A stretch of 24,000 bases of DNA from Oceanipulchritudo sp. (GTDB lineage: Bacteria > Verrucomicrobiota > Verrucomicrobiia > Opitutales > Oceanipulchritudinaceae). Shown piece after piece: positions 16,504-24,000 of this stretch (its first letter is position 1; each line of letters starts with the position of its first letter). Where the stretch lies: assembly GCA_041685165.1 (NCBI GenBank), contig JAWLGH010000024.1:1002-25001 (forward strand), written 5' to 3'. Both the position numbers and the translations under genes were made by a program. Under the pieces are notes generated by a model. It was not told the DNA's origin. It worked only from the letters and a program-made list of their open reading frames with translations, and did not search any database.

Positions 16504-17805
16504 ATGACACAGTCTTATAAAATGGGAACCCTCGCTGTTCACGCCGGCCAGGAACCGGACCCCACGACCGGAAGCCGGGCCGTGCCGATTTACCAGACCA
16601 CCAGTTACGCCTTCCGCGACACCGAGCATGCGGCCAACCTTTTTGCCCTCAAGGAGCTTGGCAACATCTATACCCGGATCATGAATCCAACCACGGATGT
16701 CCTCGAAAAACGCGTGGCCGCCCTCGAAGGCGGAACCACCGCCCTCGGGCATGCCAGCGGCAGCGCCGCCGTCACCAGTGCCATCCTCAACATCGCCGGA
16801 GCCGGTGACCACATCGTCTCCGTGGCCCAGCTTTACGGGGGCACCTACAATCTCTTTCACTACACCCTCCCGCGACTCGGTATCGAGGTCAGCTTTGTCG
16901 ACGGGGAGGATCCCGAGGCCTTCCGCAAGGCTGTCAGGCCCAACACGAAGGCCCTCTACGGGGAAACCCAGGGAAATCCGCGCCTCAATGTCTTCCCCAT
17001 CGAGGAGGTTGCGGAAGTCGGTCGGGCCGAGGGGATCCCCCTCATCCTTGACAACACCGCCCTCACTCCGGCGGTCTGCCGGCCTTTCGACTTCGGTGCC
17101 AATGTCGTCATCCACAGCCTGACCAAGTTCCTCGGTGGACACGGGACCAGCATTGGGGGGATCGTCGTCGATGGCGGCAACTTCGACTGGGGGAATGGCC
17201 GCTTCCCCGGATTCACCGAACCGGACCCAAGTTACCATGGACTCGTCCACTGGGATGCCTTCAAGGCCTTCGAGCCCTTCGGCGGGGCCAATATCGCCTA
17301 CGCCATGAAAATGCGTCTCCAGCTCCTCCGCGATACCGGCAACTGCGCCTCGCCCTTCAATTCCTTTCTCCATCTCCAGGGCATCGAAACCCTCCACCTG
17401 CGCATGGAACGCCACTGCTCCAATGCCATGGATGTCGCCCGTTTCCTCTCCGGACACGAGAAAGTCGACTGGGTCACGTATCCCGGCCTTGCCGACAACC
17501 CCCACCACGAGGCCGCGGCCCGCTACTATCACGGCGGTTTCGGCGCCCTCCTCGGCTTCGGGGTCCGCGGCGGCATCGAAGCCGGGCGCAAGGTCATCGA
17601 GAGCCTCAGCCTTTTCAGCCACCTTGCCAACATCGGTGATGCCAAAAGCCTCGCCATCCATCCCGCCAGCACCACCCACAGCCAGCTCTCGCCCGAGGAA
17701 CAGGAGGCCAGCGGGGTCTCCCCGGATTACATCCGGCTCAGTATCGGCATCGAGGACAAGGAAGACCTTATCGCCGACCTCGACGCGGCCCTCTCCTCCA
17801 TCTGA
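16504..17805 (+). CDS. metY: O-acetylhomoserine aminocarboxypropyltransferase / sulfhydrylase (PLP-dependent)
   Basis: [54 protein letters not shown] and the PLP-lysine motif [13 protein letters not shown] are present, ending [16 protein letters not shown]. The ATG at 16504 is preferred over the GTG at 16450. Confidence 0.9.
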   Translation: MTQSYKMGTLAVHAGQEPDPTTGSRAVPIYQTTSYAFRDTEHAANLFALKELGNIYTRIMNPTTDVLEKRVAALEGGTTALGHASGSAAVTSAILNIAGAGDHIVSVAQLYGGTYNLFHYTLPRLGIEVSFVDGEDPEAFRKAVRPNTKALYGETQGNPRLNVFPIEEVAEVGRAEGIPLILDNTALTPAVCRPFDFGANVVIHSLTKFLGGHGTSIGGIVVDGGNFDWGNGRFPGFTEPDPSYHGLVHWDAFKAFEPFGGANIAYAMKMRLQLLRDTGNCASPFNSFLHLQGIETLHLRMERHCSNAMDVARFLSGHEKVDWVTYPGLADNPHHEAAARYYHGGFGALLGFGVRGGIEAGRKVIESLSLFSHLANIGDAKSLAIHPASTTHSQLSPEEQEASGVSPDYIRLSIGIEDKEDLIADLDAALSSI

Positions 17806-17811
17806 GGCACC

Positions 17812-19827
17812 GTGTCCGGCACCTCACACGACTGGTTGCGCGACGGTAAGGATCCCCGCGTAATCGCCTGGCTGAAGGAGGAAAACGCCCGCACGGAGAA
17901 CGTCATGGCCGAAACGGGCAACCTGCGCGGACCCCTTTTCCGGGAACTGTGCGGACGCATCGAGGAAAGCAGCCGCTCCGCCGCCCTCCCCGACGGGCCC
18001 TTCGTCTACCAGTCCCGCATTGAGGCCGGCGAGGAGTATCCCCGCTACTTCCGCCGGCCGCGCTCCGGAGACGGGCCCTGGACCCTTTACTTCGATTCCG
18101 TTGCCGAGGCCGCCGGAAAGGCTTACTTCGATCTCGGCTTCCTCGATGTCAGCCCCGACGGCTCCACCCTCGCCTACGCCGTCGACACCATCGGCGATGA
18201 ATCCTACACCATCGCCTTCCGGGACCTTGAAACCGGGAAAGACCTCCCCGACCGTCTCCAGGAAGCCTCACCCGAGGGCGAGTGGGATGCCTCCGGGTCC
18301 GTCTACTTTTTTCTCCGGGAAGATTCCACCCGGCGAAGCAACCGCATCTTCCGCCACCCCCTCGGCTCGGATCCGGATCACGATGTCTGTCTCTATACCG
18401 AGGACGATCCCGCTTTCCATGCCGGGCTCTATAAAAGCCAGGACGGGCAGTTCCTTTTCGCCGTCAGCGAAAGCAGCGACACCACCGAGCTCCATACACT
18501 TCCCGCTTCCAATCCCGCAGCGTCCTTCACCCGGCTTTTTCCCCGGCGTCCCTCCATTCAGTACTGGGCCGAACACGATCAGGGGCACTGGCTTGTCCGC
18601 ACCAATGAAGACGCCCCCGATTTCCAGCTCCTCCGCCTCCCCGTGGAGGATCCCTCTCCCGCAAAGGCCCGCGTCCTCAGTCCCCCGAGTCCCGGTGTCC
18701 GCCTCACCGACGTCCTTCCCCTCAGGGAACACCTCGTCCTCCTGGAACGCGTCGAGGGCCTCGACCGTATCCGGATCCTCAACAAAAAGGACACCTCCGG
18801 GTACACCCTCACCATGCCCGATGCCGTTTACGATCTTCAGCCTTCCGGCAATGCCGAATACGACACCCCCTGGCTCGTCTGCGAATACAGTTCCCCCATC
18901 CGTCCCCCCATGACCATCCGCTACCACCTCGACACCCGCCATTCCGAGGTGCTGCGTCAGGCCGTCGTCCCCTCCGGACACGACCCCGCTGCCTATACCG
19001 CCTATCGTATTCACGCCGCCGGTCACGATGGCACCCGCATCCCCGTCACCGTCTGCCATCGCCGCGATCTCCCCCGGGACGGCTCCGCCCCGGCCTACCT
19101 CCATGGCTATGGCGCCTACGGCGAAACGGTCGAAGCCGCCTTCCGGCGTTCATGGCTCTCCTGGCTCGAACGTGGATTTGTCGTTGCCGTGGCCCATGTC
19201 CGCGGCGGCGGCCTCCTCGGCGAACACTGGTACCAGGCAGGCAGGCTGCAGCTGAAGGAGAATTCCTTCCACGATTTCATCGCCTCCGCCGAGGGCCTTG
19301 TTCAGGAAAAGCTCACCTCTCCGGGAAACATCTGTATCGAGGGCGGCAGCGCCGGAGGCATGCTTATCGGCGTCGCCCTCAATCGCCGTCCGGAGCTTTT
19401 CTTCGCGGCCGTCGCCAGCGTCCCATTCGTCGATTGTCTCCAGTCGATGCTCGATCCCAGTCTCCCCCTCACGACCCTCGAATACGGCGAATGGGGCGAT
19501 CCCCGCGACCCCGTCGTCCATGACCGCCTCAAGGGCTACGCCCCCTGCGAGAATGTCCCTCCGTCCGCCTTTCCCCCGGTCCTCGCCACCGCCGCCCTCC
19601 ACGATACCCGCGTCTCCTTCCATGAGGCCGCCAAATGGGTCTCCCTCCTGCGCGAAAACCAGTCCGCTTCCGCCCCCATCCTCCTCCATACATCCCTCGA
19701 GGAAGGCCACATGGGGCCCACCGGTCGCTACGAAGCCCTCAAGGATACGGCCCTCGAACAGGCCTTCCTCCTTCAAATGTACCACATGTCACGCGAGGGC
19801 GCCGTCATGAAGTCCTCCACCGTGTAG
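17812..19827 (+). CDS. ptrB: S9A family serine peptidase, oligopeptidase B-like
   Basis: HDWLRDGKDPRVIAWLKEENARTENVMA matches the OpdB N-terminal region. A beta-propeller region follows. The catalytic domain carries the GGSAGGMLIG nucleophile elbow, HDTRV and EEGHMG. The only possible start is the GTG at 17812, 6 nt after the metY stop. Confidence 0.88.
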   Translation: MSGTSHDWLRDGKDPRVIAWLKEENARTENVMAETGNLRGPLFRELCGRIEESSRSAALPDGPFVYQSRIEAGEEYPRYFRRPRSGDGPWTLYFDSVAEAAGKAYFDLGFLDVSPDGSTLAYAVDTIGDESYTIAFRDLETGKDLPDRLQEASPEGEWDASGSVYFFLREDSTRRSNRIFRHPLGSDPDHDVCLYTEDDPAFHAGLYKSQDGQFLFAVSESSDTTELHTLPASNPAASFTRLFPRRPSIQYWAEHDQGHWLVRTNEDAPDFQLLRLPVEDPSPAKARVLSPPSPGVRLTDVLPLREHLVLLERVEGLDRIRILNKKDTSGYTLTMPDAVYDLQPSGNAEYDTPWLVCEYSSPIRPPMTIRYHLDTRHSEVLRQAVVPSGHDPAAYTAYRIHAAGHDGTRIPVTVCHRRDLPRDGSAPAYLHGYGAYGETVEAAFRRSWLSWLERGFVVAVAHVRGGGLLGEHWYQAGRLQLKENSFHDFIASAEGLVQEKLTSPGNICIEGGSAGGMLIGVALNRRPELFFAAVASVPFVDCLQSMLDPSLPLTTLEYGEWGDPRDPVVHDRLKGYAPCENVPPSAFPPVLATAALHDTRVSFHEAAKWVSLLRENQSASAPILLHTSLEEGHMGPTGRYEALKDTALEQAFLLQMYHMSREGAVMKSSTV

Positions 19828-20186
19828 CTTTTCAGGATCTCCGAAAACTGCCCCACCACCCGGCTCCAGACCTCCGTCATCCGCTGTGACGATTCCCCTT
19901 TTCCCGGGCTGCTGTGCGCCAGCACTTCCCCCTCCACAGCCACCACAATGTCGTAGAGGGTGATCTCCACCGGCTTCCGCGCCAGCGCGTAGCCGCCCTG
20001 TTTCCCCCGGCGACTCCGGATCAGGCCCGCCGTGCGCAACTCGTTCAGGATCTGCACCAGATAATTCGAGGGCACGCCCTCCGCCTGCGCCAGTTCGTCA
20101 ATGTGCGGCAACTCCGGCGTCTCCAGGGTGTATCCAAGTTGCGCCAGGACCTGGCAGGAGTATTCCACTTTCAGGCTCAGTTTCAT
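19773..20186 (-). CDS. Rrf2 family transcriptional regulator (no Fe-S cysteine triad; CymR-like)
   Basis: MKLSLKVEYSCQVLAQLGY...IDELAQAEGVPSNYLVQILNELRTAGLIRSRRGKQGGYALARKP is an Rrf2 winged-helix domain. The protein has a single Cys (C11). The ATG at 20186 is preferred over the TTG at 20222. The 3' end overlaps the ptrB 3' end by 55 nt. Confidence 0.85.
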   Translation of the reverse strand: MKLSLKVEYSCQVLAQLGYTLETPELPHIDELAQAEGVPSNYLVQILNELRTAGLIRSRRGKQGGYALARKPVEITLYDIVVAVEGEVLAHSSPGKGESSQRMTEVWSRVVGQFSEILKSYTVEDFMTAPSRDMWYI

Positions 20187-20211
20187 TTCCTCTTCTATCC
20201 CATGCGGTAAA

Positions 20212-20228
20212 TTAGGTTTCAAACCTAA
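20212..20228. promoter_or_regulatory. perfect 8-1-8 palindrome TTAGGTTT-C-AAACCTAA upstream of the Rrf2 gene; candidate Rrf2 operator
   Basis: Read directly. It is an AT-rich inverted repeat 26 nt upstream of the Rrf2 ATG (20186), within the divergent Rrf2/glnD intergenic region. Confidence 0.4.
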
Positions 20229-20333
20229 AATTCAGGAGGCCTTTCAAGGCCCGCCTTGCATTCACTTGCGTCCTGCCCATAGTTCTCCTCCGTGGCCCAG
20301 TCCTTGCCCAAACCAGAGAAATTCTACGGGAAA

Positions 20334-23099
20334 ATGTCCCAGCTCGCCCGCGAGCTTGAACTCGCCGACGCCTCCGCCGACGCGGCCTCCCAGCTGGCCC
20401 GCTTCCGGGAGTACCTCGAGCATGTCAACGATTGGATCAACCGCTACCACCGCTCAGGTGGAAGCGGCCTGCGGGTCGTGCACTGCCGCTCCATCGCCAT
20501 GGATGTCCTTATCGGGAACCTCCATCACCTGGCCTGCCAGCGCATCCTCGCAAAACAGGAGGAGATCGTCGCCGAGGTCGCCCTACTCGCCCTCGGTGGC
20601 TACGGACGGACGGAACTCTGCCCCTACAGCGACATCGATCTCATGTTTCTCTACCCGGCCCGTGTCCGTTCCGAGAAGTTTCCCGAGACCCAGCGCCTCT
20701 TCAATGACACCATCCTCTACATGCTCTGGGACCTCAACCTCAAGGTCGGCCACAGCACCCGCACCATCAAGGAGGCCATCGCCGAGGCCGACAGCGATGG
20801 CTTGAGCAAGAACGCCATGCTCGAATCCCGTCTTGTCTGCGGCAACCAGCCCCTCTACAAGCGGTTTGTCCGTGAATACGACCGCTTCATCCGCAAGGAC
20901 AATGTCCTCGCCTACCTCGAGGAACGGCTCGAGGACCAGTCAAGGCGGCGCGAAAAACAGGGCAACACCGTCTTTATCCAGGAACCCGACATCAAGAACG
21001 GGGTCGGGGGGCTCCGCGACTACCAGAATATCCTCTGGATGACGCGGCTCCAGCTCGACGGCCGCGAGCTCCAGTCCCTCGTCGACCTCAAGCTGATCCG
21101 CTCCAGCGAGTACGAGGGCCTCTGGAAGGCCTACGACTTCCTCCTCCGGGTCCGGACTGAGCTCCACGAGCAGAGTAACCGCCCCAATGAGATCCTCGAC
21201 TTTGAAAAACAGCCCCGGGTTGCCTGGGGCCTCGGCTACCGGCAGCACCGCATCTTTCACCGGGTCGAAACCTTCATGCGGGACTACTATCAGGCCGCCT
21301 ACCGGATCTACCACCTTTCCACCTACCTCGAAAAGCGCCTCTCCATCAATGCCCGTACCAGCGTCAGCTTCCAGTCCGTCCTCGAATCCCGCCGTCTGGG
21401 TAAAATTGACCGCTTTGACGGCTTTGAGGTGCATGGGAATCGGCTTCTGGCTGAATCTGTCCACACCTTCCGGCAGGATCCCATCCGCCTTATACGCGTT
21501 TTCCGTCACCTTCAGTCCCGTGGTCTCGAGGCCGATTTCGACCTCGAGCGCCTCATTGAGGAAAACCGCGACCTCATCGACCAGAAGGTCATCGAGTCAA
21601 CGGAAGCCAACCGCTCTTTCCGCTCCATCCTCCAGAACAAGGGGGATGTCTACCCCGCCCTCCAGCTCATGAGCACCACCGGGGTCCTCTCCCGCTTCAT
21701 GCCCGAATGGGCCGGCCTTCACTGCCTCGTCCAGCATGAATACTATCATCGCTACACCGCCGATGCCCACATCCTGACCACGATCCGGGAACTCGACCGC
21801 CTCATCGCCGGGGAAAATCCCGCCCTGACCCGCAAATACCGCGAAGCCCTCGAGGATACCGAGCTACCCGGCCTCCTCTATCTCATCCTCCTCCTCCATG
21901 ATATCGGGAAGGCCGAGGGAATCGAAAATCATTCCGAGGTCGGGGCCTCCATCGCCGGTCCCATCCTCGAACGCCTCGGTGTCGTCGAAAAAGCCCGCGA
22001 AAAAATCCTCTTCCAGATCCGCAATCATCTCGAAATGGCACGAATCTGGCAGAAGCACGATGTGGATGATCCCCGGACCGCCCAGATTCTCTGCGACCTT
22101 GTCGGTAGCGCCGAACAGCTCCGCTACCTCTATGTCCTTACCTTCTGCGACGCCCGCGGGACCTCCCGGGACTTGTGGAACAGCTTCAAGGACACCCTCC
22201 ACACCCAGCTCTACAAGCTCACCCTGCAGTTCTTCCGGACCCCTTCCGTAACGCCTCCCGCCCTGCCGATGATCTCGCAAAGCACCATCCTCAAGAAAAT
22301 TGACGGTATCTCCGAGGAAGAGGTCGAAGCCCATTTCAACCTCCTTCCCGACCGCTACTTCTCCTATCACAGCGAAGGCGAAGTCATCATGCACCTGCGC
22401 ATGATTCACCGGCTTCTCGAAAACATCTCCAGCGCCGATTCCGTCGGCTCCCTCGAACCGGTCGTGGAATGGTCGGACGACCTCAACCTCGGGCTCTCGG
22501 TTGTCCATGTCGTCACCTGGGACCGCGCCGGCCTCTTCTACAAACTGGCCGGGGCCTTCACCCTCGCCGGGCTTTCCATTGTCAGTTCCAAGGCCCTCTC
22601 CCGCGCCGACCATATCAGCATCGACACCTTCTACGTGAGCGACCCCGAGGGCGGGCCGGTCAAGAACCGCGAGGCCTTCACGGTCTTCCGCAAATACCTC
22701 GACGAGGCCCTTATGCGCGGCCGCAACCTCCTCGGGGAAATCCAGTCCGAAATGGAGAAACGTCGCCGGCCCAGCTACCTCCGGGCCGAAAGCGCCCTCC
22801 CGGCCAGCATCCCCATCCGCGTTGATGTCTACCACGAGCTCTCCCTCAAACGCACCATCATCGAAATCGAAGCCAACGACGATCTCGGTCTCCTCTATGA
22901 GGTCGCCCGTACCATCTCCGAACATGGTTTCGATATCACTTTCGCCCGCATCTCCACGGAGCGCCGGGTCGCCGTCGACACTTTCTACATCCAGCCCAGC
23001 GAGCCCCTCGGCGACACCGAAAACTCGCAGGACCTCGTCGAGCTGAAGGAGGCCCTCAGCGCCGCCATCCACGCCCGCAAGTCCTCCGTCGAAGCCTGA
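20334..23099 (+). CDS. glnD: [protein-PII] uridylyltransferase / uridylyl-removing enzyme
   Basis: The NTase motif LALGGYGRTELCPYSDIDLMFLYP and HD domain motif LLLLHDIGK are present. Two C-terminal ACT domains follow (VVHVVTWDRAGLFYKLAGAF... and IIEIEANDDLGLLYEVARTI...). The start could be the ATG at 20334 or the GTG at 20292. Confidence 0.9.
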   Translation: MSQLARELELADASADAASQLARFREYLEHVNDWINRYHRSGGSGLRVVHCRSIAMDVLIGNLHHLACQRILAKQEEIVAEVALLALGGYGRTELCPYSDIDLMFLYPARVRSEKFPETQRLFNDTILYMLWDLNLKVGHSTRTIKEAIAEADSDGLSKNAMLESRLVCGNQPLYKRFVREYDRFIRKDNVLAYLEERLEDQSRRREKQGNTVFIQEPDIKNGVGGLRDYQNILWMTRLQLDGRELQSLVDLKLIRSSEYEGLWKAYDFLLRVRTELHEQSNRPNEILDFEKQPRVAWGLGYRQHRIFHRVETFMRDYYQAAYRIYHLSTYLEKRLSINARTSVSFQSVLESRRLGKIDRFDGFEVHGNRLLAESVHTFRQDPIRLIRVFRHLQSRGLEADFDLERLIEENRDLIDQKVIESTEANRSFRSILQNKGDVYPALQLMSTTGVLSRFMPEWAGLHCLVQHEYYHRYTADAHILTTIRELDRLIAGENPALTRKYREALEDTELPGLLYLILLLHDIGKAEGIENHSEVGASIAGPILERLGVVEKAREKILFQIRNHLEMARIWQKHDVDDPRTAQILCDLVGSAEQLRYLYVLTFCDARGTSRDLWNSFKDTLHTQLYKLTLQFFRTPSVTPPALPMISQSTILKKIDGISEEEVEAHFNLLPDRYFSYHSEGEVIMHLRMIHRLLENISSADSVGSLEPVVEWSDDLNLGLSVVHVVTWDRAGLFYKLAGAFTLAGLSIVSSKALSRADHISIDTFYVSDPEGGPVKNREAFTVFRKYLDEALMRGRNLLGEIQSEMEKRRRPSYLRAESALPASIPIRVDVYHELSLKRTIIEIEANDDLGLLYEVARTISEHGFDITFARISTERRVAVDTFYIQPSEPLGDTENSQDLVELKEALSAAIHARKSSVEA

Positions 23100-23189
23100 T
23101 CCGCAGCCTTCCGGGCCAATCCTCCTTTTTCAGGTGGAAACGCCCGCCCCGATGCCCCAGTCTTTCCCCATGGTCATCCCCCGCCCTGC

Positions 23190-24000
23190 ATGAAGGAAAC
23201 ACCGGAACATTCCGCCATCGACGCTATCTACCGGATTTCCCGTGTCGTCACCCAGACTGAGGACCCCCGCGAGGCCCTCGAGATCGTCATCGGGGAGATC
23301 ATGCAGGTCCTTCCGGCAGAATCCGCCTCCATCGAGCTCATCAATCCGGACAAGAACTGCCTCGAGGTCGAAGTCTACCGCGGCTTCCCCAAAAGCCTTC
23401 AATCCACCGAGCTCAAGCTGGGAAGCGGGATCACCGGATGGGTCGCCCTCCACGGCAGGCTCCTCAATATCGGCGATGTCCGGCTCGATCCACGCTATGT
23501 CGAAATTGATCCCCGCATCCGCTCCGAGCTCGCCGTTCCCATGCAGGCCGGGGACGGAAGCATCCTCGGCGTGGTCAATATCGACAGTCCGCGGCTCAAC
23601 GCCTTCACCGCACAGCACGAAAAGGTCCTTTCCCTCCTCGCCGCCGAGGCCTCCCGAGGGCTCAACCGTCTCTGGCTCATCCAGCAGCTCCGCGAGACCG
23701 CCGACCACCTCGAGGTCCTCATCGACATCGCCCGCAGCATCGTCACCAAACGTGAACTGGAGGAGATCCTCAATACCATCAGTTCCCGTGCCCGGGAGAT
23801 CCTTCCCTGCCGCCTCAGCGCCATTTTCCTCCGCGACCCCTCCGGGGAATCCCTCTCCCTGCGCGCCTCCAGCGGACCCGATGGTCCCCTCGATCACAGG
23901 GAGACCATCACCCTCGAGGAATCCTCCATCGGGACAGCCTGCAAACGGCGCAAGACAATCGAGATCTTCGACCTTCCCCGTATCGAGGAAAACCACTTCC
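23190..24000 (+). CDS. tandem GAF-domain protein (N-terminal part; continues beyond the right window edge)
   Basis: Absent from the ORF track because no stop occurs in the window. From the ATG at 23190 it reads MKETPEHSAIDAIYRISRVVTQTEDPREALEIVIGEIMQVLPAESASIELINPD...GSGITGWVALHGRLLNIGDVRLDPRYVEIDPRIRSELAVPM...GVVNIDS (GAF 1). A second GAF-like segment follows: LEVLIDIARSIVTKRELEEILNTISSRAREILPCRLSAIFLRD... The effector domain is unseen. Confidence 0.75.
   Translation, partial: MKETPEHSAIDAIYRISRVVTQTEDPREALEIVIGEIMQVLPAESASIELINPDKNCLEVEVYRGFPKSLQSTELKLGSGITGWVALHGRLLNIGDVRLDPRYVEIDPRIRSELAVPMQAGDGSILGVVNIDSPRLNAFTAQHEKVLSLLAAEASRGLNRLWLIQQLRETADHLEVLIDIARSIVTKRELEEILNTISSRAREILPCRLSAIFLRDPSGESLSLRASSGPDGPLDHRETITLEESSIGTACKRRKTIEIFDLPRIEENHF

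Noticed and set aside
16345-17679. 444-aa minus-strand ORF opposite metY
   Set aside because: It is a shadow ORF. The metY frame carries the PLP-lysine and family motifs, while the antisense product is G/A/E/V-rich with no motifs.
21864-23996. Minus-strand ORFs of 402 aa (opposite glnD) and 288 aa (23130-23996)
   Set aside because: The first is antisense to the glnD ACT/HD region. The second is antisense to a plus-strand frame that reads as well-formed GAF domains from the ATG at 23190 and runs off the window, so the plus-strand gene is the real one.
1-24000. Mobile elements, CRISPR arrays, rRNA/tRNA genes, prophage or defence-island signatures
   Set aside because: I saw no transposase, integrase or recombinase motifs, no regularly spaced repeats, and no long inverted terminal repeats. 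Composition is uniform apart from short AT-rich intergenic patches. The window reads as core chromosome.

Overview
GC-rich bacterial chromosomal segment with strong G/C third-position bias. The protein repertoire (Oar-like TonB receptor, ThuA, PolX, FolE2, GlnD) suggests a Verrucomicrobiota/Opitutales-like organism, but that is inference only. About 21 tightly packed CDSs lie in alternating strand blocks. They are: a partial secreted beta-helix-like protein and a TonB-dependent receptor (minus strand); a purD / small ORF / thyA / folA operon (plus); a YycJ-like MBL hydrolase (minus); folE2 and msrB (plus); a five-gene minus-strand block (DinB-like, NRDE/TANGO2-like, DedA(VTT)-ATP-grasp fusion, PolX, ThuA-like); then ribB fused to a degenerate RibA-like domain, metY, oligopeptidase B (plus), a cysteine-less Rrf2 regulator (minus), glnD and a partial tandem-GAF protein (plus). 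I saw no rRNA, tRNA, CRISPR array, transposase, integrase or phage genes. The best candidate for something undescribed is the compact DinB-like / NRDE / VTT-ATP-grasp module at 11994-14989. It has no assigned pathway and an unusual membrane-anchored ligase architecture. The second candidate is the 295-nt structured non-coding gap upstream of metY, which carries a hairpin, an AU-rich tract and a strong intrinsic terminator. Many long ORFs in the six-frame track are antisense artefacts of GC-rich coding sequence and are rejected. All functional calls rest on motifs I recognised by eye; no database search was run.
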